From a virus (Duplodnaviria > Caudoviricetes), in the IMG/VR virus record IMGVR_UViG_3300031418_000003: DNA of 64,000 nucleotides; one strand, given 5' to 3'. Both the position numbers and the translations under genes were made by a program. This document shows, piece after piece, positions 49,277 to 57,339 of the stretch; the first letter of the stretch is position 1, and the number at the start of each line of letters is the position of its first letter. The notes under the pieces were generated by a model. That model saw nothing but the letters and a program-made list of their open reading frames with translations, had not been told where the DNA came from and ran no database searches.

Positions 49277-49331
49277 GCCGCCTGTAATACCCGAGCAATC
49301 GGGAATTACTGATTTGAATATCAAAGGCGGC
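49277..49331 (+). ncRNA. Compact three-way-junction RNA element
   Basis: gccgcct/aggcggc closing stem; gtaat-cccga-GCAA-tcggg-attac arm; tgat/atca arm. Confidence 0.45.
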
Positions 49332-49406
49332 AATATTATTAAGAGTTCATCTTATTTATCTTTTGACTGAACTGTCTCAGTCGATAAAAATATAAAGGTA
49401 AGTAAA

Positions 49407-49922
49407 ATGGATTCTATTGGGATGCTGTTAGTTGTGCTGGTTGTAGGTGTACTTATTGGTGTTGCACTTTACCATTTCTTCTCTAAGAAGAAAGAGGGTA
49501 ATATCGGCACCGATCCAAAACTGCAGGCTTATGTGGACTCCGTCCAAAGTCAGCTGCAAGCGCAGGTGAATGAACTTAAAACCAAACTTCTTCCTGCCGA
49601 TGTCCAAGAGAAACTCAAGGATGTTGGCGATGGGTTATGGGAAACGTTCAAAGCAAAAGTCCTGGCTGATTTAACAGAACTGAAAGAACACGGCTTGACC
49701 CATGTTGCAAATATCGATGCTGTTGTTCAACAGGTTGAGAACTTCACCAAAGAAGAACTGGTGAAACTTCATCTTGAAAAAGAAGAAGCACAGACCCCAG
49801 TTCCAAAACCTGTGGTAATAGGAAGTGATCCTATCTTGACCGTTTCACCTGCAGGTCCACAAACTGTGGTCTCTTCTGCACCGACGGTTCCTGTTGCTGA
49901 TGATCAGAACAAAACAGTTTAA
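49407..49922 (+). CDS. Membrane-anchored coiled-coil protein
   Basis: N-terminal TM helix; P/V-rich tail; terminator acctggg/cccaggt after the stop. Confidence 0.75.
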   Translation: MDSIGMLLVVLVVGVLIGVALYHFFSKKKEGNIGTDPKLQAYVDSVQSQLQAQVNELKTKLLPADVQEKLKDVGDGLWETFKAKVLADLTELKEHGLTHVANIDAVVQQVENFTKEELVKLHLEKEEAQTPVPKPVVIGSDPILTVSPAGPQTVVSSAPTVPVADDQNKTV

Positions 49923-49989
49923 TAGTTAGTTACCTGGGTCTCGTGCCCAGGTTTTTCTACCTTCTCTTCTTAAAGTTTTATTACGATAG

Positions 49990-50407
49990 AATTTTAAGAA
50001 GGGCGGTACCGATTCCGTCTCGGTGGTCGAGGGCTAGGCGTGCGAAGGGAGTAGGGATGCGACATCCCTATGATATGTCTTGGTTGTAATAGCTTCCAAG
50101 TAACTCTAGATGAGACAAATGACCCCGGCAGCCAGCCGGTTAAACATTGTGCGGAATCACAATGAGGGGCAAAGACTCTTGCATAAAGATTTATTAATAT
50201 AAGTCTTTGAGCGAGCGTTTCGGGTTGGGTGCGCCAAAGGAGCCATCGTAGGCCAGGTCTGAGGGATAGTGACATAGTCACGTGATGTCAGAAGCGGGTT
50301 GCCGTGAGGTAATCAAACCGAGTACAGTTGGACTTTGTCTGACCTGGGAGTTAGTGACTCCCACCAAGCTTCCATAGTTCAGTCGGTAGAACGAGGTATC
50401 TGATGGA
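49990..50407 (+). ncRNA. Structured RNA upstream of the HNH gene (contains motif copy A)
   Basis: Many stems including a GUGA tetraloop hairpin; shares five sequence blocks with 50913-51012. Confidence 0.55.
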
Positions 50408-50876
50408 TTTAAATGATTTAATGGTTCTTAAGGATAAGATAACCCGTGATCCAGAAACTAACTGTTGGAACTGGAATAAAAGCACCAGGGAAGGCTATGG
50501 TCAGATAACGATAGATGGGGTGCATTGGACCACACATCGGTATGTTGCCACAATCATCTTTGGCGTTATTCCAGAAGGCCATGTAGTGAGACATTCTTGC
50601 GATAACAGATTGTGCTGTAATCCAGGTCATTTAAGACTGGGAACACATAAAGATAACTGGAAAGATTCTGAGTCAGTTCACAGGGAATCTCATGTTAAGA
50701 TGAGAAGGGCATTAGGTTGGACAGTTGGAGATACGATTTATCCGACATCCAGAACAGCTCAGAAAGAAACAGGACTTCCTATGAAAACTCTAATGAGACA
50801 TATGAAGAACGGGATCTTCGATTTGGAAGCGTATCGCTCCGGATGTAAAAAGCGGGGAGTAATCCCTAAAGTTTAG
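50403..50876 (+). CDS. HNH homing endonuclease (HNH_3 domain plus NUMOD1-like HTH)
   Basis: CWNW...GYG...HRY...VVRHSCDNRLCCNPGHL..GT.KDN; C-terminal YPTSRTAQKETG. Confidence 0.9.
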   Translation: MDLNDLMVLKDKITRDPETNCWNWNKSTREGYGQITIDGVHWTTHRYVATIIFGVIPEGHVVRHSCDNRLCCNPGHLRLGTHKDNWKDSESVHRESHVKMRRALGWTVGDTIYPTSRTAQKETGLPMKTLMRHMKNGIFDLEAYRSGCKKRGVIPKV

Positions 50877-50912
50877 CTTTTAGCAAGACTTGAACTTGCT
50901 AAAAGAGTCAAA

Positions 50913-51012
50913 TTACACGCCATGCGGTTGTGCCGGGGTGCAACAGGCCAGGGGCGCTTAGGCGACCATACCTGGGATCCACTTCCCATCTGTCGGTAGG
51001 TGTGGTGTGTAA
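50913..51012 (+). ncRNA. Structured RNA downstream of the HNH gene (motif copy B)
   Basis: 11-bp closing stem ttacacgccat/gtggtgtgtaa around a multi-way junction. Confidence 0.55.
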
Positions 51013-51079
51013 CCCTTTATTAACGAAGAGAGAAGGGGTCAGTTGATCCCTTTTCTTTTTGTTTGTCCGGAGATAATTT

Positions 51080-51190
51080 ATGTCTTTATTAAAGAAGCTT
51101 CATAACTGGTTTTATAAAGATATGGTTTACTCTGTTTCAGCCGATGCTTGGTTCTACCAAGAAGGCGCGGCAGGTGAATGGGTGGATTAA
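51080..51190 (+). CDS. Small protein (36 aa, not in ORF track)
   Basis: GGAG RBS; MSLLKKLHNWFYKD...; TAATG coupling to the next ORF. Confidence 0.55.
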   Translation: MSLLKKLHNWFYKDMVYSVSADAWFYQEGAAGEWVD

Positions 51191-51363
51191 TGAAAATTCA
51201 CAAAGTAACTTCTGACCGTATTTTCTTTACCACGGATTCTGGTGCTTATGGATCTGTTCTTAAAGAAGATGTGAGCAAATTAGTAAAAGCAATTGATCTG
51301 CCCGAAGGTAAGATCGATGCTCGTACTGGAACTTGTATGACGGAATTAAAGGAACAAGAATGA
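51190..51363 (+). CDS. Small hypothetical protein
   Basis: MKIHKVTSDRIFF..., coupled to glutaredoxin. Confidence 0.6.
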   Translation: MKIHKVTSDRIFFTTDSGAYGSVLKEDVSKLVKAIDLPEGKIDARTGTCMTELKEQE

Positions 51364-51620
51364 AAGTAGTGATTTACGGTAAAGAAGGCTGTGCTTTCTG
51401 TACCCGTGCTAAAGAGCTTTGCGAAGCCAAAGAGATCGATCACGAATATATCGATTTCGTTAAGACAGGCATGACCAAACAAGATCTCGAGCAGATCGTG
51501 GGTAAACCTGTTGGTACTGTTCCACAGATCTTAGTGGACGGTGTTGCTATTGGTGGTTACACTGACCTGGTTCCCCTGGTTCAGAAACATACCACCCCTG
51601 TTCAAATTGAGAAGGAATAA
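51360..51620 (+). CDS. grx: Glutaredoxin
   Basis: IYGKEGCAFC active site, TVPQI and IGGYTDL. Confidence 0.92.
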   Translation: MKVVIYGKEGCAFCTRAKELCEAKEIDHEYIDFVKTGMTKQDLEQIVGKPVGTVPQILVDGVAIGGYTDLVPLVQKHTTPVQIEKE

Positions 51621-51623
51621 CCT

Positions 51624-51761
51624 GTGGATTTTGATTTAGACGATCTGAACCTTGACGGTCTGGATGAAGCTGAAGCTCGTAACCAAGAGCGCCAGGCTGA
51701 AGCTAACAAAGAAGCAGCTGCTATCGATGATGATGCAGATTGCGAAGGTTGTAAAATCTAA
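51624..51761 (+). CDS. 45-aa acidic peptide ending in an NrdA-like CxxC tail (not in ORF track)
   Basis: AAGGA RBS, GTG start; MDFDLDDLNLDGLDEAEARNQERQAEANKEAAAIDDDADCEGCKI. Confidence 0.7.
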   Translation: MDFDLDDLNLDGLDEAEARNQERQAEANKEAAAIDDDADCEGCKI

Positions 51762-51787
51762 TTTTAATAAGGCGATAAATTTTGACT

Positions 51788-51925
51788 ATGAAAAAGAAAA
51801 AGACCTCTTTGAAAGAAAAGATTCGTCGCCAAAATCAGAATGCCGAGAAGCATCTGTACCTCGACGGCGATGGTAATACATTTAGTATGACCAAAGTTAA
51901 AGACGGGTACAAGTTAAACGTGTAG
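51788..51925 (+). CDS. Small basic protein (45 aa, not in ORF track)
   Basis: MKKKKTSLKEKIRRQNQ...YKLNV. Confidence 0.5.
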   Translation: MKKKKTSLKEKIRRQNQNAEKHLYLDGDGNTFSMTKVKDGYKLNV

Positions 51926-51987
51926 GGTAGCGATATCCTATTTCTATTTTGATCTCCAACCACTACTACTAACTGCGAGATAAAAAT

Positions 51988-52608
51988 ATGCAACTTAAAT
52001 TAATTACATTCGACAAAAACAATTATTCAATCAGTACTCAGTACATTGAGCTAGATGGCCTAGCCATTGTCGAGTACCGTTCTCCGATCACCGGTGAATT
52101 TTCTCCCAGTAACACCCAAATCCCGTCGATAACTGATCCCTCTATAATTGCAGTTATTATCCAGAATAGCTTTGCTAAAGCTGAACCTATTCAAATAAGC
52201 AAGCACCAGGGTGCTTATTTAACGGATTCCGGTAAAACGATGGAGGTGATTAACAGACCTTCAGACTTTGACGATATCCAAATTTGGATCAAGTATGATA
52301 AAGAAGAGGGAAACTGGGAACGCGAAACTCTCAGTAGTTATATGGACGAGATTCACTATCGACGTCTGGAGTATAAATATTTAGTTTCTCCCCAAGGAAT
52401 GAATCCAGAAGAAGTGGAGAAACAGATTTCCCTTACCATGGAGGTTGGTAAAAGCGTACTTTGGAGCCGTTATATAAAAGGTACGTCTTTAACTTTCAAA
52501 CTTTCCAGCCAATTCGAATATGACCGGTTCTACAACGACCCAGATTACCAGTTCATCAAAGTTCCGGTTGGTGTCGACCCTAACACGCAAGGGTTTAAAC
52601 TTACATAA
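51988..52608 (+). CDS. Hypothetical protein
   Basis: 206 aa ORF. Confidence 0.75.
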   Translation: MQLKLITFDKNNYSISTQYIELDGLAIVEYRSPITGEFSPSNTQIPSITDPSIIAVIIQNSFAKAEPIQISKHQGAYLTDSGKTMEVINRPSDFDDIQIWIKYDKEEGNWERETLSSYMDEIHYRRLEYKYLVSPQGMNPEEVEKQISLTMEVGKSVLWSRYIKGTSLTFKLSSQFEYDRFYNDPDYQFIKVPVGVDPNTQGFKLT

Positions 52609-53261
52609 GTATATTATGTAATTCAATCGAGTGTAACTGTTTGCTGTTCTGAGGAATAGCATGGTTTCATTACCCCGTTATATTCGACTGTAAGACCCTC
52701 GTTATCCAGGTGTGGGTACATAACGAGGGCAAACCAGCAGGTTGCACTGCTGGACTAAATCCAAGAGTGAAAGCTGGCTTAAGTCCAGTAAAAACTAAGT
52801 AGCTCTTGGTGGGCGATGCAATAGTTTGAAAACTACTGTGTCATAGCAACGCGTCTAAAGTAAACGGTCCCTTCGTATAAGCTCAATACACTTTGGCGTC
52901 CGCGCCGAAGAAATAAGAGATGAACCCGAAACACTCTCAGGGACCCCTCTTCGGAGATAATAGCTTTAGAAACGGGAACGTTGTGCCCATTCCTTAACGA
53001 TGGTTATCCGTCGTTATCCCTTTGTACCAGTGGCTGATATCCAAGTAGAGCTTTAATTATACCTGACGGATAGCGCTCACAGTGTTTCAACCATTGGTAC
53101 AACCTCTTGAGGATCTTGAACGAAAACCGTAGGGTAACCGCTGAGCACATTGCGTTGCATTCAAGGCGGCTGTAGCAGGAGACTGGGTAGTCTTCCTGGG
53201 TGATATCAAGATCCTCAACCTTATCTACTCTCCGTGATATGGAGTAGACAAACCCTGTGGT

Positions 53262-53369
53262 GGGGGCATCGTAACCATCTGATGAGTCCGCGATGTAAAA
53301 AACAATGAGACGAAACGGGTTCTGTCAAAGGGGACTCCAACTCCAGACAGATCCGTCATGAATCGCTCC
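53262..53369 (+). ncRNA. Type I hammerhead ribozyme
   Basis: CUGAUGA 53279-53285; stem II GUC/GAC; GAAA 53312-53315; stem III cgg..tctgtc/gacaga..ccg; GUC cleavage triplet 53355-53357; stem I cat/atg plus ggggc/gctcc. Confidence 0.85.
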
Positions 53370-53614
53370 GCCTTAACTGTGAAGAGCATCCTCAGTCTAC
53401 GATTCTAGAGGAACAGCAGCGCTACCTGCAAAGGACCATTGGCAAATGGGATCTTAGGGTTAGCAAACAGTCCGCTCCTTTTGCCAGAGGAGAAGTTGTC
53501 AAAACCAAGAGGTGTAGACAGCCTTTAGTTCACTGTAGTGAAGAATCGGGGTTGCTCCCGTAGTAGTCACGAACAGTGATCTTTAGAGTGTTTACCGGAT
53601 AACAATATCGTACG

Positions 53615-53640
53615 CCCCTACCTCCTCACGGGGGTAGGGG
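53615..53640 (+). terminator. Intrinsic terminator closing the large ncRNA
   Basis: cccctacctcc-tcac-gggggtagggg followed by tttatgttt. Confidence 0.7.
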
Positions 53641-53756
53641 TTTATGTTTGGCTTTTCATTTGATCATATGAGCTCGTTCCATATATGTCCTAGGATGGAT
53701 GATATATGAAACATCTTATTATAGTTAATAAGACTATTTCGAAATAGAGGTAACAT

Positions 53757-54611
53757 ATGAGTTTGAGTAGCCCTGTCGATTTTGCTATCGACTATGTAAT
53801 GAACGGTCCAACCGATATCTCGGAATATCTGTTGAAGTTGGCCTTTCACAATCCCAATAACGGGTACGGTGGCATCTGGGGAAATCCCAATGACTCCTTC
53901 TCTGTAGAGCAGGGTATCCGTGAAAAAGTCATCGCCAAGATGGTTGCGCCGTTACTTCAGGTAGCCGGTGGTCAAACTGAGATCATTGATTTGTCCGGTG
54001 CACAGATTGAGAATTTAGCAGGCGGTGTTATTTGGGTTTCAGTACCCGACTTCATGACCGGTGGTCGTCGTATCATCGAGGTAATCGAAGTCTACCCAGG
54101 CAATATCAATCGAGCGGTTGCTAACGGTTATAATTTTGGCAGTGCTGCAACTTGTGGTGGCGGGGCAATCAATAACTCGCTGAGCCGATTGATGACTGGA
54201 TTAACAGACAGTAACGTTACTCGTTCTTTCAACAGCTTTACTATTGTTGGACCCAACTCTTTCCTGATTCGTGATGCGGGTTCGGCAATGTTTAACATGA
54301 TCGCCAAAGTGGTTCTCTCCTATGACGAGAGCTTTAACGGCGTACCTGTTAAGATGTTTGATAAGTTTGCTGAGTTAGTTGAACTCGGTACCAAAGCTTA
54401 CATCTATAAAACTTGCCGTCGCGGGATGCAAGAAGCAGTCTCTCGTTTTGGTGTAACTGTAGATGATGTCCAAGATGACATTCAGGGATACTCCGATGCT
54501 GCTCAGCAGTTCAAAGAGTTCTACAACGACAAGATGAAGAAGTACATGGCTTATGCTGATGCCAAAGGTAAAACCGACCAACTTAAAATGATTGTTCCAA
54601 GGAAACGATAA
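53757..54611 (+). CDS. Putative virion structural protein
   Basis: 284 aa; GAGG RBS; late-type plus-strand operon (context only). Confidence 0.6.
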   Translation: MSLSSPVDFAIDYVMNGPTDISEYLLKLAFHNPNNGYGGIWGNPNDSFSVEQGIREKVIAKMVAPLLQVAGGQTEIIDLSGAQIENLAGGVIWVSVPDFMTGGRRIIEVIEVYPGNINRAVANGYNFGSAATCGGGAINNSLSRLMTGLTDSNVTRSFNSFTIVGPNSFLIRDAGSAMFNMIAKVVLSYDESFNGVPVKMFDKFAELVELGTKAYIYKTCRRGMQEAVSRFGVTVDDVQDDIQGYSDAAQQFKEFYNDKMKKYMAYADAKGKTDQLKMIVPRKR

Positions 54612-56083
54612 TGTCAGCATTTCCAAAAGAACCAAGCTTACTGACCCGTAACATCTATACGGGGTTAAACCTGATTGACCAAGAAGAGCATCAACTTTCT
54701 GATACCGAGCTGCGCGAGCTTTTAGCAGGGATGGAAACCAGAAATGATCCCCACACACTTTTTGGTCCTGTCTTAGGGTTTAACCAATACGGCGGCATGG
54801 AGTCCTTTGAATCCAATCTTGAATACATCTCAGGAATGGAAGCATTAACTCCTAACTTTAATTACAGCCGTGACGATGCGGTTAAAGACATCTTCGATGG
54901 TCTGGTTGATGATCTCGTGATTAACCAGCGTTGGGTATCTACATTGCGCCGCTTTGTTTATGGTTTTGCAACCAAAGACAATGACCACACCGAGTTCTTT
55001 GGTTCACCTTACCTCGGTACCCATCGTGTTTTGTTCAAGACCTCTGACCGTGTAACTTTCTTCCGTGACATCATCGATGTTGACGAGGTACGTTTACGTG
55101 ACGAACTGATCAAAACCAAATGGATTAACAAAGACTTTAAAGTGTCATCTGAAGCCTTTAACTTGTCCATCATTTATTTGATGCATCGGGTTTATATTTC
55201 TGACCTGCCAAAGAACGTGAAAGAAGATGCCTTGATTAACCTGGTGATGTTATTCCATTACCGTATCATGACATCTATCATGAACCACTACTTTGGTTAC
55301 CTGGTTAAACCCAGTGTCGCTATAACTGCCTATAACAAGCTCTCCTTGAAGTTTGATATCAAGAAGTACGGTTCATGGACCGATCTGTTTAAAGCGCGTG
55401 GTGAGTTTGTCATTGATCCTCGTACCGGTATTCACTTTGATGCCTTTGCGAAGATGGACAATGACAAGAAGATTGTCTACATGGTCAACGATATGGAGTC
55501 TCGTCTGAAAGGTGTGGTCAACGACTATACCAAAGTGCTGTATGAGATCAAAGATTCGGCTGACCTGGTGGAAACAGATTCTGGTTTAGCAGTCATGGAA
55601 GGCGAGCTGAATATTAAAGACATTCAGAAGCGTGAAACCCGCTATAAGAACTATATCTCCAATACCTTAATGGCGACCAATAGTTTTTATAAACAGGAAC
55701 TAGTAACTTATGCTGCTAAAGCAATTCCCCGTACTGACGAAGATAAACTCGAGATGATTATCCGAGACTTCCCAAGTCAGTATGCCCACGCTAAAGGGGA
55801 GAAATATCGGGAGTTTGTTGACGACGTAACGACGCATCTGTTTGAATACCTTTCCACGAATTCGATCCGACACCAGGACTTGAAGAACGTGTTCTTTAAA
55901 CTGCGCGGTGCCTATACGTCAAACAAATCTTCCAATGCCCTTCTCCTGAAGCTTAGAACGAACGGTGACGAGCTCATTAAAGTCATGACCGGTATTAAGA
56001 CGGAGATTAAGATCACGTCTCTACGTACCAGCCTGATGCTTTATATCGTCCTCCGTACGCTTGTTATGGAGTCAATGACCTAA
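54611..56083 (+). CDS. Putative virion structural protein
   Basis: 490 aa; coupled; GMESFE resembles the (A/G)xE prohead-protease processing sites of phiKZ-like head proteins. Confidence 0.6.
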   Translation: MSAFPKEPSLLTRNIYTGLNLIDQEEHQLSDTELRELLAGMETRNDPHTLFGPVLGFNQYGGMESFESNLEYISGMEALTPNFNYSRDDAVKDIFDGLVDDLVINQRWVSTLRRFVYGFATKDNDHTEFFGSPYLGTHRVLFKTSDRVTFFRDIIDVDEVRLRDELIKTKWINKDFKVSSEAFNLSIIYLMHRVYISDLPKNVKEDALINLVMLFHYRIMTSIMNHYFGYLVKPSVAITAYNKLSLKFDIKKYGSWTDLFKARGEFVIDPRTGIHFDAFAKMDNDKKIVYMVNDMESRLKGVVNDYTKVLYEIKDSADLVETDSGLAVMEGELNIKDIQKRETRYKNYISNTLMATNSFYKQELVTYAAKAIPRTDEDKLEMIIRDFPSQYAHAKGEKYREFVDDVTTHLFEYLSTNSIRHQDLKNVFFKLRGAYTSNKSSNALLLKLRTNGDELIKVMTGIKTEIKITSLRTSLMLYIVLRTLVMESMT

Positions 56084-56084
56084 C

Positions 56085-56705
56085 ATGAAATACGCCGTAT
56101 TTGAAGGACCTGATCTTGGCGGTAAATCAACCTTAACTAAAAAGGTTGCAGAGCGTCTGGGTTATCGCTTGGTTGCTGAACCTTTCACTGAATCTGAAAA
56201 TGGAAAGGCAGTAAAGAAAGCAATCATCAACAACACGTTTAATAAAGAAACCGAAGTCTTCCTGTTAGCCGCAAACCGATTGGAAGCTTTCCGTGATGTG
56301 ATTACCCCTAATCGTCACACTGGTGTAATTGGTGATCGATCTGTGGTCAGTACAATGGTGTATCAGGTTGGAGAAGGTGTGTATAACTCACCAATGAATA
56401 TCCTCAACTTCATGTCCAAAGTGCTGGAAGATCAGATGCACGATATTTATCCTGATCATTTATTCTTCTTGGATATTGATCACGATACTTACCTCAGTCG
56501 TCTGGCCAGTTCAGGTCGCGTTGCTGACGAGAAAGAAAAAGCTTTGATGGATCCGGATAATTGGATGAAACTCAAAGAAGACTATCTCGCCGCAATTGAA
56601 TTGATCACGTTCACCAATCCAGATGTCCAGGTGCATTTCATTACGCCAGAAACAACGGTCGATGAGATCATTGCTATCATTGATCCGTCACTGCTTCCAG
56701 AATAA
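56085..56705 (+). CDS. tmk: Thymidylate (dTMP) kinase
   Basis: FEGPDLGGKST P-loop; EPF; DRSVVSTMVYQ. Confidence 0.92.
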   Translation: MKYAVFEGPDLGGKSTLTKKVAERLGYRLVAEPFTESENGKAVKKAIINNTFNKETEVFLLAANRLEAFRDVITPNRHTGVIGDRSVVSTMVYQVGEGVYNSPMNILNFMSKVLEDQMHDIYPDHLFFLDIDHDTYLSRLASSGRVADEKEKALMDPDNWMKLKEDYLAAIELITFTNPDVQVHFITPETTVDEIIAIIDPSLLPE

Positions 56706-56726
56706 AAAAAAATAATTGATTAAGAT

Positions 56727-56754
56727 CCTCTACTCTCCGCTAGGAGAGTAGAGG
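56727..56754. terminator. Bidirectional terminator
   Basis: cctctactctcc/ggagagtagagg between convergent genes. Confidence 0.75.
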
Positions 56755-56764
56755 TAATCTTTAA

Positions 56765-57310
56765 TTAGTCTGTAATAACGTGATCTAATAAGGACTGGAA
56801 GTCGGTACCGTAAAAGACACAATTCCCAACCGGAGTGTCGGGATAGATTCGAAGAGAGGTATAAAAACCTTTCTCAACTATTTCCTTTATTGACTCTTCT
56901 ACCGTTTCTTTCTCAGGAACAAAATCGTCCGCTTCTGGATCGATTCCGAATTCATATTCTAATGGACACTCGGTAGGTAATGCCCGATAAGTTAGGTATG
57001 ATCCGGACACCATCTTGTTAGCGAGAAATACAAATTTATCCATACGAAATGATGGAACCAGTTCATAAACATCAGGATGGTGTTCTTTCAACCAGGTCAT
57101 TAGTGACTCAGCGTCATAGGACATAATTATGATGTTTAGTTTCTCACCGTTCTTTTCGTACTTGATGAAGATCGCAGCAACGAAATCTTTTTCGATGATT
57201 TCTGCACGAGGAACAATCGCTATGCAGGATGATTCTTTAACATGCTGTTCAGCAGATTCGTACACAGTGGTGTTGTCTTTAGTTTCTAAACGAAATTCAA
57301 TAAGTTTCAT
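56765..57310 (-). CDS. Hypothetical protein
   Basis: 181 aa ORF. Confidence 0.7.
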   Translation of the reverse strand: MKLIEFRLETKDNTTVYESAEQHVKESSCIAIVPRAEIIEKDFVAAIFIKYEKNGEKLNIIIMSYDAESLMTWLKEHHPDVYELVPSFRMDKFVFLANKMVSGSYLTYRALPTECPLEYEFGIDPEADDFVPEKETVEESIKEIVEKGFYTSLRIYPDTPVGNCVFYGTDFQSLLDHVITD

Positions 57311-57339
57311 ATTTCTTTTCTCTAAAGTTAAAATTACGA

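Larger units (their letters stand above)
52619..53645 (+). ncRNA. Large (~1 kb) highly structured non-coding RNA
   Basis: No ORF of 60 aa or more in any frame; TATG at 52615-52618; long helices with G.U pairs; cUUCGg loop; ends at a terminator. Confidence 0.7.

Noticed and set aside
49994-50281. 95 aa minus-strand ORF
   Set aside because: No RBS, atypical composition, lies opposite a structured plus-strand RNA
50228-50349. TPP riboswitch resemblance (GGGTGC...CTGAG...ACCTG)
   Set aside because: Lacks the ACCUGAUC..UAAU..GCG.AGGGA 3' half and has wrong spacing
50937-50988. RNase P RNA resemblance (GUGCAACAG, GCCAGG...CCUGGG...CCCA)
   Set aside because: Order is permuted and the GAGGAAAGUCC and terminal P4 regions are absent
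49990-51012. Group I or group II intron carrying the HNH
   Set aside because: No convincing P7 pair (GACUA/UAGUC) or domain V; GACATAGTC lies in a local hairpin; no interrupted host gene found
52648-52654. Other CUGANGA matches (52648 plus strand; 53385-53391 and 52935-52941 minus strand; several in CDS)
   Set aside because: No properly spaced stem II plus GAAA plus stem III
52761-52809. Possible twister ribozyme (GGCUUAAGUCC loop inside the ccaagag/ctcttgg stem)
   Set aside because: No P2 and no conserved catalytic G-A in L1; better read as a simple junction
47880-53756. Canonical tRNA or tmRNA genes
   Set aside because: No GTTCRANTC T-arm with a matching acceptor stem found by eye
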